Of a stretch of DNA of 64,000 nt, positions 1 to 13,169 are shown piece by piece (the first letter of the stretch is position 1; every line of letters starts with the position of its first letter). The notes under the pieces are model-generated. The model had not been told where the DNA came from and made no database searches. It worked only from the letters and a program-made list of their open reading frames with translations. Where the stretch lies: positions 211,594 through 275,593 of the forward strand of contig NMRA01000318.1 of NCBI GenBank assembly GCA_002633005.1, read 5' to 3'. The DNA is from Phoronis australis. Taxonomy: Eukaryota > Animalia > Phoronida. The position numbers and the translations under genes were made by a program.

Positions 1-59
1 CTTACCGTATTTTGGTCAATGAAATTTTTCAGGTGTTTAAGCATTTATTAGGAAAAAGG

Positions 60-255
60 GGCTTGTAAACGGAAAAAGGGGCTTTTAAAAGAAGTAATAG
101 TTTTCCCGACTTTGGCATATTTTACTTAAATATGTGTTTTTAAATTTTATGTTAATAAAAGCATAGTTCGTCAACACCTTGTTCGTTTTTACGAGTGATA
201 AATGCTCCATAAAACTGAATTTGTGACAAGAAGTTGACACTGAGTGAGCTTATTA
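60..255 (+). repeat. Dispersed repeat copy 1 (probable non-autonomous DNA transposon fragment)
   Basis: Aligns by eye with 1985-2155 (shared blocks include tagtttt.ccgacttt, catattttacttaaa, gtgataaatgct, aaaactgaatttgtgacaa). Confidence 0.7.
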
Positions 256-1034
256 AATAATTTACACTTTTTAATTTTCGTACGTAACACTCACCTATGG
301 CCAGAAATACAATTCCCCACTAAATGATGATTGCTTTTTAGATTAAATTCCCATCAAAGGGTTCAACAGGATTCCTTTTCCCTTCTACACAAAACAAAGT
401 ATTCAATAAATTTCTGAATGATATCACATAGTGGTTCCACTCAAAATATTATCTCTATTTTTAAAACGATGGTTGCAAAAAATCTACTCTTCAAATCAAC
501 TTTGGCGTTACTTCTTGTCCTGCCTATATTTAAAAGAATTAAACAGACAAATGTCACAAAACCCTAAGACGGAAAGAATAGTTAAAACCTGGTAAAGGGT
601 TGTGTTTCTAAAACATATATGTAACAGACAAAATCGATACGCATAGTTTACATGGGTTCGCCATGTATTTAAAAAATTACATATTAAGCACTTACAGTTC
701 TCAGTGTAACGTTCTACCTTGTTATGCATGTTCTAATTGAAGAAACCGTGATCACCTATCTTACGTCTAAGTCATATGCTTTTCTAACCGTGCGATCTCC
801 CTTGTACCAACAGTATCGGTGTTAAATTCTTGGTAAAATGCATTTAAGTTACGTTTTTAAAGAAACTTGCATTGTATCTTATTTCATTGTAGATGTACAT
901 TTTCTTTTGTTATTTATATTGTTCTTCTTAATTGTTAATATCTATTTAATTTATTGTTACTCGGTGGTCAGCTAGTAGCGGCCTATGCCTTTGCTGGCCA
1001 CAATGTGTGTTTTATATGATTTAAAAAATAAAAG

Positions 1035-1086
1035 TCTCTCTCTCTCTCTCCCTCTCCCTAGCTCTCCCTCTCTCCCTCTCTCTCCC
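1035..1086 (+). repeat. (TC)n / TCCC pyrimidine microsatellite
   Basis: Direct reading: tctctctctctctctccctctccc... Confidence 0.9.
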
Positions 1087-1255
1087 GAGATCTTGGACAA
1101 TGCCATCAATTCTGAAAAGGTATGTTGAACCTTCTTGGTAAGATTATGCGTCTTATTTTTCATAGCGTATAAATGTCGGTGCAATACCCTTTTCTGAACA
1201 TGCGATTGTTGCGCGTGCTCATTTAAGTATTCTATTTTCACGTTCGATGACGTCA

Positions 1256-1447
1256 GCCGCAGAGTGGTTTAGTGGTAAAGTCGGCGACTCGCAACTGTTG
1301 AGGCCCGGGTTCGAATCCGGCCTCGGTTTCCCGCCAAAATGTTATCTCACTAGTGAGATAACTTTATGGGTTATTACACGGTTGTATCTGCCATTCGAGG
1401 CTTATATTGTGGTATAAAACTACATACAATAAAACCGACTTTTTTTA
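1256..1447 (+). mobile_element. tRNA-derived SINE-like element
   Basis: A-box-like tggtttagtgg and B-box ggttcgaatcc at tRNA spacing, weak acceptor stem (gccg..ag/ctcggt), unrelated body, ends aataaaa...ttttttt. The anticodon arm does not fold properly, so it is not a true tRNA. Confidence 0.65.
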
Positions 1448-1984
1448 AAATCAGAATTGTTTGTTTAACAAAACTACATCATAAAATGTTTGACAGTTTC
1501 AGAAAATATGCCCCTTCCCTTTCCAAAAATGTGACCGAATCGGTACAATCGGTTTCATTTAATGTTTTACCATGTGCCTGTTTTCATACACAATCTGACC
1601 ATTTTGTTGTGACAGTGTCGGTTTCATTTTGCGATTCTTTTTAACAATTCGAGTTGGTTGAAAGGGAGACAATTTGTATGGTGCAAAGCGCATGTGTGAT
1701 ATTTTAGAGTGCAAACCACATAAATGACAAATGTGCATCTTGGTAACGGTTTAGACAGTCTGACGTTTTCATAGCTTTCGTGGAACTTTAAATACACTGT
1801 ACGTGCATTTGCGTTCAACCAAATACAGCTAGGTGACTGCACATTTAATAGGTTTTCGCTAGCGTTTTAGTCAGTAAAACTACTACCAGGATTTTCCGTA
1901 GAAAAGCCCATGGGCATGTATTTAGAAAATGAAAATTTTCCGGCGTTTTCGTAACGCCAAATAAACGCCCGGGCGTTTATTAGC

Positions 1985-2155
1985 AAAAGGGGGGTTTTAA
2001 ACGGAGTCATAGTTTTGCCGACTTTCACATATTTTACTTAAAACTGTTATGTTAATAAATGCAGAGTTTGTCAACATCTTGTTTGTTTTTACAAGTGATA
2101 AATGCTTCACAAAACTGAATTTGTGACAAAAAGTTGACGCTAAGTTGGCTTTAAG
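1985..2155 (+). repeat. Dispersed repeat copy 2 (same family as 60-255)
   Basis: Direct similarity to 60-255. Confidence 0.7.
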
Positions 2156-4184
2156 AGGAAATTTTCCAAATCAGCCAAATTTCATGGCTGTTTACATCAA
2201 GTTGCATCTGTTTGAAATGGCCAACACGAGTTGAATAGAAATAATGATTTTTCTAAGAAAACGTTAAATTGCATGGCATTCTACTCGAATATAAGCACAT
2301 AAAGACATTACCTTAATTATGCGAATTTATGGTATTGCAGCGCCCCGAAATAGGTAACCTCGTAGTTCTTCAGTATAGTGGGTATGACAGACAATCGAAT
2401 ATACACTGAGCTTGTCAATTTCACAAAATTACCAAGTTTCAATCCAATCATTTGAAATTTGTGAGCCAGGAATTTTATGTACATTAGAGACGCATGTAAT
2501 TATCTATTATTGTAGGGAAATGAAATTATGCTCAAGGACCAGCATAACTGTCAACTCCCGAAAGCAAAATACTAAAAATCGACAGACAACACGAATATAA
2601 TTATTCATAATTTATAATTTATAAATTTTTTAATAGGCACAAATTAGCTAATGTTTGAGAACAATGAAATTGGACTGTGTTTGGAAACAGCAGCTAGCAA
2701 AATGAATATTTTAGGATGATGGAAAAAGCCTTTTATATTTTCTCAAACTTTTATCTGTTTCTACATATTTTAAAAGGAATATGAAAAAAAATTACTGATC
2801 TATTAGCTAAACTCCATATTCAACAGGAACGGACGGGTTTTTTAGTATTCTGCTGCTTATAAGTGCCATTGTAGCTAATGAACCAAAATCATTATATAAC
2901 CCACCTGGAAAAGCCTATAAATAAAAATTTCAACAACTCATATTCTTATTTATTCGAACAGATCCTTTTTCACCCCTCAAACTAGATATTTCGTATTAAT
3001 TTCATAATTTCATTCACTGGTATCTCGGATTCCACTTAGCCCATGGCTGTCTCGCTTTTGGACACGCAGTCAAAAGGCGTCGCTACTGAAAACCGGTGCA
3101 AGAAGCAAGCTTGTAATTTTTTCACTTTGAGTTCCCGCTCTCTTTTATGGCGTCGATTCCAAAGCTCGACTTCGTTACAAGTATTGAATCTATAAAAATC
3201 TCCACTTCAGGTCTATAAACAAGATAATGTCGGGTATCGACTGGCTGTCACATAAAAATACCAATGATATACACCGAACAATCATGTGGTATAACAAAGA
3301 ATTTGCCACCCTGATGGTATCAATAACATGGTGAAATATGTTGTGCAGCGGGAACGTTAAACGCAATCTACTGCTTTCGTGACAACAGTTTTGCGGGATC
3401 GAGCTAAACTTTTTATCCAAAAATAATTACGTCACATAAATTTTCAGTATGTGTGACTGCTGTGGCCGGTTCATGAAACATTCCCTAATAGGGTCTCAAC
3501 TAGGTTCCCTAATTCTTCGGTGCGTTTGTGCTTTTGTTAACACAGAAATGTTATGCTTTTCTATCAATTTATCTCCCCTGTGACTAACACTACTATCCGG
3601 GAGCAACCGGGAGCTAAATAAATGCCTTTCTCACTACCCTATAGGTGGCACTATGAACGGTACATTGCTGTAGATCAAGCTGACTTTGTCAATGATTGTC
3701 ACGGTCACTCCTTTCCAATTATAATAGTCCATCTTAAGAACTTGATGAGCGAGAGGGAGGAAGTTGAGAGGAAGGGAGTAAGGTGAGAAAAGTAAAAGGC
3801 AGAGGAAAAGAGAACCGGGTGAATTAACTTCGTAAATCAAATTCTATAAGTTTCTGCGTCCAACCCCGCAATATTCACGTCCTGGTGACACGAATTTATT
3901 TCCAAACTCTGTTTTTGTTATTCACTCGTTATCTTAATAACAACATGTATTTTGTCGGCGCCTCACCTTTATTTTATCACACATTTACTAATCTGTCAGA
4001 CAAAAACAATCACTGCTACAAGTCCAAAGCATACAATTTTTCGAAAAATGGCGACAAAAAGTATAGAATAGCAACAAATGTAATTGGATGAAGTACAAAA
4101 TGTCGAGAAATTAACAAGATAAAAAGCCATTATTAGAGATGTAAATATGAAAATAGAAAAATTTTTCACAAATCACCAGGCTCA

Positions 4185-4272
4185 CTGGGCCAGTTACTAA
4201 CCTGGTTTCTGTCTCTTAATGAAATATCTTTTCAAGCTCCTCCGGCTGGGATGCAAGTCCATCACACTGTTA
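4185..4272. mobile_element. Degenerate fragment of a widespread invertebrate SINE body
   Basis: cctggtttctgt...ctcctccggctgggatgcaagtccatcacactgttac resembles, from memory, the 'ctggatgggatgctagtccatcgcagggttac' segment of marine-invertebrate SINEs. Not searched. Confidence 0.35.
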
Positions 4273-4381
4273 CTCATCATCTGACTCAATTTCATCACTA
4301 ACTTTGACATTCCCACAGTTTTGGCACTTGCACATTTCAGTGCATTTTAGTCCAGCATTTACAAAAAGAACAAATGTTTGC

Positions 4382-5730
4382 TTAACAACAATTCACTCTG
4401 ACTCCGTTTTGGACTAAGGAATCGTGAAATAGGGTAATTCTCTGTAATTTCAATTTCAGATTTCTAGTTCGGACACATACATTACAACCTCTTTTGGATA
4501 AAGTTTCCTGGAGGAGTGACTTTAACAGAGTCAAATGCAATATTTTCCCATGCGAGATTATTTGTTGCTCCACAACTTCAAAGCAAAACTTTTGAAATAC
4601 ATCTGTGAAAATTTCACTATCGTTAGATTTCTGTTTTGTCAGGAAGCTTTTGTAGCAAGAACGATGGTATTTGACTTCGAGTGCTACCAGATCTCTTCCC
4701 TGTACTCTGGTCAAAAGGTCCATGCCATTTCCTGCCTTAGCAGCATCCAAAAACAACCCACCTACAACCAAGCAAATTCAAGTGATTTTACCATAATTAT
4801 GGCAAGCAATTGGTCAGTTTTCGAGCTGAGCTTCGAGTATGGAGATTACCTCTCTCCCACCCCTGGACATTACAAAAGTATAATTTTGATAGATATCTTA
4901 CGTCGTGCCCAGAGTTATGGTTACTGAGAAAATAACAATGTACACTGAAGAAAATGGTCACCTTGTTACTGGATTATGTGTCCTACCTGCAATTGAATAC
5001 CGTCACATGGGCCGATTATTCAGTGAATTATCTGGCTGCTCGATTCAAACACAAGCAGGCCATATACAGAATCCATTCTTTTTACCAGTTGTGTATATGA
5101 GGGCTTTCCAGTCAGTTCGTACCTTAGCCAACTCGCACCCAAGTCAACTAGTACCCGTGCTAAAAACATTACAAATAAATTTTCATTTTCATTCACTAAA
5201 TAACGGGTAATATTGAGTCGTTTTGCATAAACATGGCATGATTGATTGATTTTAATCACTGCTTTGTCAAATTACATAGTTTTGAAATACTTTTGAAATT
5301 TGACTTGGGTATGTGTTGATTTGGGTATGAAGTGATCTGCTCTGACTCAGTGACTTGCATCAATTTATCATACTTCCAGGAAAAATTTAACACTCACCAT
5401 CATCTTGGTCGTAATCAGGGGGTTCTATTCTCGGCATACTTTATAGTTTCGCAATCTTTCCTCTTTCAATCTTTGTAACGCCAGAAAGCTTGTATAAAAT
5501 GATTTGTGATACTATTGCCTGGAACCCACGCCAATCCCTGAAGTTACTTGATGCAAATGCCACCTGGTGACACACATTGTGCTCATTACTGTCTTCATCT
5601 CCAATGGAAAGTCATTCTTTCACACAGTCAATGTTCTTTGCCCATGTCAGTTTGGAGAAACTCAACAAATCAGATGAATTTAGTGCTTGAAAGTGTATGC
5701 AGCAGTCATTGACAGCATCTCCTACGGGAG
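4382..5730 (-). pseudogene. Decayed N-terminal part of a large invertebrate DNA-transposon ORF
   Basis: ORF 4382-4771 has DLVALEVKYHRSCYKSF. Upstream 5400-5730 reads CCIHF...W...(TGA)L and, after a frameshift, YHKSFYTSFL. Paired CxxH/YHxxCY motifs are typical of repeat-derived proteins often auto-annotated 'Tesmin/TSO1-like CXC'. Stops, frameshifts and truncation are present. Confidence 0.6.
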
Positions 5731-5821
5731 CTGCGATGTTAGATTAAGTCTGCAGTTACTTAATTTCTGAGCTTGTGATTGACTTAAAATGTCATCTTGT
5801 GCTAGTTTTTTTTTTGTTGGA

Positions 5822-6670
5822 TTTAGCGCTACCTCAGCTCTTGTTCATTAATGTAACATTTGGACTCACAAAAAACTGTATTTCTACAAAAAATGTGCAA
5901 CTTAATACGTGGGAACTTTTCAGGTATCAATTGCTTAATGGTATATCTAGCCATACAGAAAAAAATCAAGTTGCTCCCCTGAAATGGTCACAGGATGAAA
6001 AGACTGGAGCTACGGCCCATGGCCTATGTTCTCTGCCACATGCATCCAGTAGTGCGCATGTGCTACGCATTTATTACAGGGTTTTGGCTGCCAACGCTTA
6101 GTGGAGATGAGTCCTTTCCATTAACTCCTTATCAAGAGTCTGACAAATACATATATTAAGGTTTTGTAGCATTACCAACTCCCAAGCACTACTCGTGATA
6201 ACTGAAACTTACCGATTTCATTCACATTGAAAAAAATCCCGGTATAGACTGAAAAAATATTACTAAAAATTCGAATTTGACATTTTTCTCCCCAAAATTA
6301 TCACTTCCCTACAAGTGCTATAAAATCTGACTACAGATTCAGAGTTCTCATTGATTCTCTCTAGTTTCTAAAAATGTGGTCATAGTACCCTCCTTACCCG
6401 CTTGGCAATTTTGAATTGTTTGACAACTACCTGAAATCGGCGGTTAGTCAAAGCAGCAGGCAACAGGGGTTGTAGTGGATGGGCCAGATCTCATAGCGTT
6501 CATCCTTGTGAGTACTTTGAGGGGGCAACCTAGTTTTTTCTATGTGGCTAGATAATATACCTATCAATCAAATTCCAAAAAGTTCCCACGTATACACTTG
6601 CACATTTTTTGAAAAAAGGTGTTTTTGTTACACGAAATATTTAGCACATTCCTGCCACTTGGTAGCGCTT
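5822..6670. repeat. Diverged inverted repeat pair (about 5822-6021 and 6478-6670)
   Basis: aaaaaatgtgcaa..tacgtgggaactttt...tatctagcca.a.agaaaaaa...gttgc.cccct...ggcccat at 5888-6020 is the reverse complement of 6478-6610. Also agcgctacc / ggtagcgct. Confidence 0.8.
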
Positions 6671-6729
6671 TTCTATTGAATTGACCAATCAGAGAGCCAG
6701 ATTGTATTGTTGTGCTTAGTTACTTCAAT

Positions 6730-7185
6730 ATGGCTGCTCCCATGGAGTGTGATGCCTGTATAATTCAAGGTTTATCATACAGCACAAAATTGTGATGCCC
6801 GAACCCAAAGAAGCTTAGAGAAACATCCTGATGAAATCTGATGGACTGTGGAACTCTGTATATCAAAAAGAAGAAGAGGTGTCACAAAAATGTGTGCAGA
6901 AAACAGCTGCATGTCCTGCTATCCTGCCTATATTATACTGCTGTAGAAGACCAAGTGTCAGACCAAAAATTGAAAGGACATAGAAAGGCATAGCAACGTT
7001 TCAGCACACCAGCAGCAGTATTAAAGCTGAAGCTGCTGAAATTGATACAGATGTTACCCAAAATTTCCCAAGAAAATCAATTAGACTTCCAAAATCTGAA
7101 ACACCCAATTCACCTGATAGGAACATTCTGACCACATTTCAAGAAAGCAAAGAATTAACAACTTTGTAGCTTTGATAAACAGGTA
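6730..7185 (+). pseudogene. Second, highly decayed transposon-ORF remnant related to 4382-5730
   Basis: Follows the right arm of the inverted repeat. Contains KGHRKA*QRFS (about 6973-7005), resembling the YHRxCYQxF motif, and ends at a cag|gtacgt donor-like site. Confidence 0.35.
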
Positions 7186-10100
7186 CGTGTTTCTGGAAGG
7201 TACATCTTGATGTTTTCAATGTGTGTTTCAGTATTATCACAAGTTGTTTAGTTCAGCCCCTTGGCTGCCTATAGGCCTTAGACAATACCGCTGACCCAAC
7301 ATAGACGGTGATCATACCATAGGACGGGTACTCCATATGCCGGATGCTTTTCGGCAAATTATGCATCACACAGGTTAAACCATAAGTCATGTTGTTATAA
7401 GTTTAGAAGTACCGCGTAAAGAGATGCCTCTGAGAAGGCCGACTATTGCATCGAAATTTCGAGTTCGGACTCCAGCTTTTACCTTTAATGCTGGGGTCAT
7501 CAAGTGCAAATTAGGATATTAGACAGTCATCTAAGTAAAACATATTGTACTCTAGCACAATATTATACTAGACACTTATCTTGAGTTCGCCCAAAAGTAG
7601 GACAGAAAATGAAAAATATTCTCGAGATCGATTTCGAGTACAAAAGATTAGACCCCGGGTCGTGTAGAAATATTAAATTCTCAGTTCCTTGCAAGCCCAG
7701 ATATCATTTTGTTTTCATTTGAGTAAAGAGCGAATTGCAGCGAGCCCAACAATATTAGCGTTAAGTGGTCTCAAATCAATCCTTTGCTTCTTTGACTCTA
7801 CGCATAAATGGTACGGCTATAAAACGATGATTTCACCTAAAGCTGATTCCATCAGTTACTATTGATAGATAGTACTCCTTCCGACAGATTGAGTATTGCT
7901 GAGCTAACACTCAGTCTTCACTGTGTCACAAACTGTGGATTCACTGGTTCAGACCCCCCCCCCCCTCCCCCATCGTCCATTAACTCAACTGAAGCGTTTG
8001 CACTTGTCCGGTGGAAGATTTTGCAAGGAGTGGTAGAATGTGAATCATGCTTTTGAAGGTATCCTGTACTGTTCAGTTTTGAAAATAAATCGTCTCTTAT
8101 GATTCGTTAATAGCAAAAAGTGGGATTTAGTATCCGGCCTTTTAAGTTTTGAAATAAAGTGAATTTACACAAAGTTTGCCACCACCGTAACCCAACTACG
8201 CATGAAGTTTACAGCTAGGAGGCATTTTTGGCGTGCCAAACCGTCCCAAACTTGTTTTACCTTAGTTTGAAGTTGCATGCTTTTCAGCCTCCGAGAGCCA
8301 GCGCGCGTAGTCTCACTTATACAGCTACAGCGGCGGGTCCATGGCATGATGCAAATGGCCAACTTCAAAGTACGGTTAGATAAGAATGAAGCTGTAATTG
8401 GTTAGCCAAATGGAAATAACATCTATGAGCTCCATTCCGACCCCGTTATAACCATAGAAAATAAAAAGAGCTAACTTATTTCATCACTTGATTTTTATGA
8501 AGACCTCAAACGTAAATCATAGCATTTCACACTCGCCATTTTAGAAACTAGATGTCCCAAAGTAATAGTTTTGTTACCCAAACAGTGCTCAAGATAACCA
8601 ACAAGTTTTTCAAACGTCTTTTGTTCATTCACATTCAGAGGCTTTTGTGAAATCTGAGTCTCTCATTATATACATCTTGCGTACGCTGACAACAACGTCG
8701 AAACAAAATTTCAGAGTAGAATTTTAAGGAAATAATCTTTTCGAACGTACTTTTGTTTTCTTACACTAATGTCCATTGAGAAATCGTCTGCTGACATCGG
8801 AATTCCCGTCGTGCAACAGATTTCCACAATTCATAGCGCGTAGTGTACCTTTCGAGATATTCCTTAAAGGGACAATAACAAATTGTCGGAGGTCTTTAAA
8901 ATCTACGCGACTGGTGATCTATAAGTGACTTGAAATTGTCCCGGTCAAAAATTTACCGGCAACATTCGTCTGCTTCTAATCCTCTACGTTAACGTTTATC
9001 GTAAACCCAGTTCGAAGGGCAGCCAACCTTCTGACCTCACAATACACTGAACGAACTAGATTCTTGTTAAGAAACTTGTTTTTTCCTCACGAAAGTTTGC
9101 TGATGAGTAAATGGCACTGCTCATTAGAACATTGTTGTATTTTGTGTGGATTGGTAGGTGCTCGTAAAAAATAGTTATATTCCATAAAAAAATAAATAAA
9201 GCTTGCGATAAAAAGACAATACCTCGCTTTGTGAAAATTTCCGCGCGGTTTATGGGATAGCAAGACTGGCTATCTTGAAGTACAGTAGGTCCTGCATAGT
9301 TTGCTTCTTAACAGAACCTCATTGTATTGAGCAAAATTGTTGATACTGAAACTCGTGACATGTAGTGAGACACGTATAGCTTGCGGACCCTAACTTTGCT
9401 TCAAATGTGATATATTTCACCAATATAAAATACTACGTTACAATTCATTACAATAAAACACATATAAATTACATCTCTATAAACTTTAAATAAATATATA
9501 CAAATACACATAACCTGAAATAGTGAGTCGCCATTCACAATTTGCACGACAATTTCATGCTAGTGGAGGCGAGTCGTTCAAACAATTTCATTGACGCTCT
9601 GTTCATTTTTATGTAGTCCTGACCCAGAAATGCATTCCCTGGGGCTAATACCTCGCCAGTTAGGGGAAATCATGCAAAACCGCGCCAGTGCAACACAAGA
9701 TCTCAATATCGCTTTGTGAGTAAACACGTAAAATTCGCCCAAAGTAAGCAAAATGTGCACCACCAATATGTGATTGGACAGCTTCTATGGACTTTTTACG
9801 ATTCGAGAATTGTGAGATATATATTTTCCTCGCCATCTGCTGGCTGAAAATGTAGGTGTACGTTTCATCGGTTGATTACATTCTGATAGGAATACGATGT
9901 CCCATCCCATCGCAGATATCCCACGCAATTCTATGTAACCGTTTTGGGAGAAACGTAGTTAATCCACAACCCTCGCTTTTCCTATTGTCTCAGCTAACAT
10001 ATCTCGCTGCTGATATCATGTGAATAATTAGCCTCAACGAACGCGCCCCAGTTTTTGTTCAACCTAAGTTCTACAATCCTACTGCTCGACCATTTCCGTT

Positions 10101-10320
10101 TTTTATGCGGGTTGCGTACATGTTGTTGCAGAATTCGCTCTGATCGATTTTTAATTCTTTTCGCCACCAAAACGCAAAATCCGATTTCCATTAAAAAAAT
10201 TCAGAACATTCAAATAATTCAATTTCTGAAACGAATCAAACACAAATGTTCAGCGGAAAATAATGTTACTTTTGTTATTAATCATGATAGGGCTGCTGGA
10301 ACATAGTGCTGTACACAAGT

Positions 10321-10326
10321 TTTATT
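10321..10326 (-). terminator. Candidate polyadenylation signal (AATAAA) for BMP3-like gene
   Basis: Minus-strand AATAAA about 280 nt after the stop. More distal sites cannot be excluded. Confidence 0.35.
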
Positions 10327-10606
10327 TAACTGATGTCCAGCTAAAACCCATAACCATAGGTCATAATAATTGAATTGTAGTTATGAAAAACGACAAAATC
10401 TCATGTACTTGCACGTTACCGCCGCGTAGTAACGGTTCTATGAAATGGAATTGGCTCAGTCACTATCAATGAGTCCTGACGCCACGATTGGGCTAACGTG
10501 ACCTGTTTTGAATTAGTAAATGAACATGCAATTACTGTTCCTTGAAAATAAATTGGACAATTGATTTTCCGCCCTGATTTTTTTCGCATTCCAGCGATGG
10601 CGCTCT

Positions 10607-10798
10607 CTATCGGCAACCGCACGACTCCACCGTCATAGAGGGATAGTTCTTGAGTACAATAGTTCCGTCGTCACCCACGTACAGAAGAGTGACAGACGAC
10701 AGTACATCCGGGACACAGCAAGGTTCTGGGACAGCTTTCTTGAGGCCAACCGCATGAACGATACTTTGAATTGTCGCATGATTGGAGGGACGGCTTTC
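10607..10798 (-). CDS. BMP3: BMP3/GDF10-like ligand, coding exon 3 (C-terminal half of the cystine knot)
   Basis: tttttcag acceptor, phase 0. Translates [84 protein letters not shown] and YP.MTVESC.CR are characteristic of the BMP3/GDF10 subfamily. This exon is missing from the ORF track. Confidence 0.93.
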   Translation of the reverse strand, partial: ESRPSNHATIQSIVHAVGLKKAVPEPCCVPDVLSSVTLLYVGDDGTIVLKNYPSMTVESCGCR

Positions 10799-11844
10799 CT
10801 GAAAAATGCGAAATTAGTTTATTGGTGATGTGATTGCCATTAAAAGTAAAAACGAAGAAGTGAGTATGACTTTTTGTCGACAGAAACATTTTTAATCAGA
10901 ACTCAGACATTGCAGTTAGGATTCTCGGTATATATCAGTACATGGTAATGGTTATCAGAGAGGAGGGTTATTGGGAAAACATGAGGAGTGTCTAATAACT
11001 ATACGATGCCTTCGACCGTTTGATAATCCGAGTTCATGTTTAACAAGGATTAAGACACCCCTTTAAGTAATTCAAAAAGAAGTTAGTCTTGTTGACTATC
11101 GCGAACTGATTATATACGAAATGTTTCGGTAACTTAACAAGAAAGATTTCTGCAAACATTATATTGCAGCAAAGCTTTCATTCAAAAGCGTAGTCACGGT
11201 CGATTCGTTCAAGATAAACAACGAGTTCGCAAACCGATAAAAAGGATTGGCATCACGTGATTAGGTGTTCCATCGAACGACGCTAATATCAGGGTTCTGT
11301 TTCATAAAAAGTGACAAGACTTAAAGACAGTAATTAGGTTTTGGGTCCCACTTCGCAGTTGCTGAATAAAGTTTTAGCCAAGTAATTATAAGCCGATCAC
11401 ACTGTAGCAATAATTATAGAAATTATGTCAGTAACTACAGTTATGTGGGCTTTCTCTGACACTGCATTTTGTTCAAGAGAGATTTAATTATTTTTCAGAA
11501 AAAAATGTGCGTGGAACGTCAAACCGTTTTTTTTTTTTACTATAAGGTTTAAAAGTGACCTTTAATGAAGCAAACCCATGGGTTACGTAGAGAGGGGGGA
11601 GAGGGAGAGAGGGAGAAAATATACCATACTCAAGAGATCTATGGAATGTGGACATCTGGTTTCATTTTAATGTTCCATTTCAGATGGAACAATAACATCA
11701 CATGAATTTAAGTAATAAAGGCTGTGCAATTAACTTCGGTTATCACAAAATTCCTTTGATTTGTGTCCTCTGCATTCTTTGTTCTACCTCCCACCCAGTT
11801 TCGGTCAATGACACACCATGGCTATTCAAATGCAATGGACTTAC

Positions 11845-12830
11845 TTTTTGTAGCGGAAAGGTACAGTTTCCTGAGCAGTAATTAGCCTCAAACGAGCCTG
11901 GCGCTATAATCCAGTCGTTCCATCCGATGTCGGCAAAATCGAGTACTAGTTTCTTTTTCCCGCACGACCACGACTTAACCTTTTCCTCGTCGGCTGGGAG
12001 GTTTTGGGAATTGACCCAGTCTTTCCACTGGTCTGCCGGCGGTAAATCCCTGTTGCGATTCCTTCTGCGATTTTTCCTGCGATTTTTGCGGTTCTTGCGT
12101 CTGCTGCGGCGGTACTGCTTCGGGTACGGTATGTATTGAGTATTGTCCGGTTTACGCTTGGGCTTCTGTCTTCCTTGTAAGATACTAGGGTGTGTGTGAG
12201 GAATATTGAAAGGTCCGCCACTCTTTTGATACGTATAAACACTAGTTGACGGATCTTGTGGAATTTCATTGTCGTATATGGATCTTCTGAACAACTTGTG
12301 CCGTACTCCATTTAACAGGTTGCCAGGGGTTTTCGCCTGCTTTCGATACCATTTTGAGTTCTTCGATGCATGATTGGCCATTTGCTTTTCCTGATCACTC
12401 GCTTTGAAGTAAGTTTTTAAATGATCTAAAGAAATGTTCTGAGTTTCGTTCGCATAAACAACTAGAAATGGTTTCGAGTGATGGAACATGAATTTCTTCA
12501 CGGGTATCTTTATCGCAATATGCTCCCCGTTATTCTCCTTTTGGTCTTTCACAAAGCGAATTGCCAATAGATGGGGTTGGCTTCTTTTTGCTGCTAAGCA
12601 GCTGCGCACAGACTCCGTAGCGTCGTTAGCCTGCCATCCGTAACTGGGCGTTTTTAGGTCTATATCTGTGAGATTAGTAGCATAAGTGGGCGCTACTTCT
12701 AATAGTAGCATGTGCAGATTGTCTCCCCTGTGTTTCCTTTTAAAGAAGTGAATGTCAGCTTTTAACACATGTGCCCTCGTGGTTACAGCGCTCATGTTGA
12801 AAAGGAACACGTCTTCTCCGTCGACCTTAC
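11845..12830 (-). CDS. BMP3: BMP3/GDF10-like ligand, coding exon 2 (prodomain, basic region, start of mature domain)
   Basis: tttcag acceptor (phase 1) to CAAAAA|gtaagt donor (phase 0), 986 nt. Contains [18 protein letters not shown] (compare vertebrate RKKRS...NNELP) and [37 protein letters not shown]. Confidence 0.93.
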
Positions 12831-13169
12831 CTGAAACGCACAACGACTGGTAATAAAAATATTTACAAACTGTGATCCCTTAAGATGAGATACTTTGTTC
12901 ATTTATTTATTGTTATATTTAAATGAGGGTGAGCTCACTGAGCTCTCCAGTGAATATCGCATTATCAGAGGGCCCCTTCCGTTGACGACTAGCAAAGCAA
13001 AAATAGCCCTTACCGTGTACTCTTATTTAGGCCCATGCTCCTATAAACGAAACAATGAAATTTTCAAAGAAAATTTGTTTTTTTCAGTGTTTCGCTTGTT
13101 GGTGCATGCGTCCAATTCCGGATATAGACAGACACAGTTTCGAACACTGGCCTACTACTCGCATATAAC

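Noticed and set aside
1256-1330. Functional tRNA gene
   Set aside because: A and B boxes are present, but the anticodon and acceptor stems do not pair properly. It is better explained as a SINE head.
11743-11844. C-terminal extension [10 protein letters not shown]... of the 366-aa ORF, suggesting a truncated TGF-beta domain
   Set aside because: It is intron read-through. A GTAAGT donor at 11844 splices to exon 3, which completes the cystine knot.
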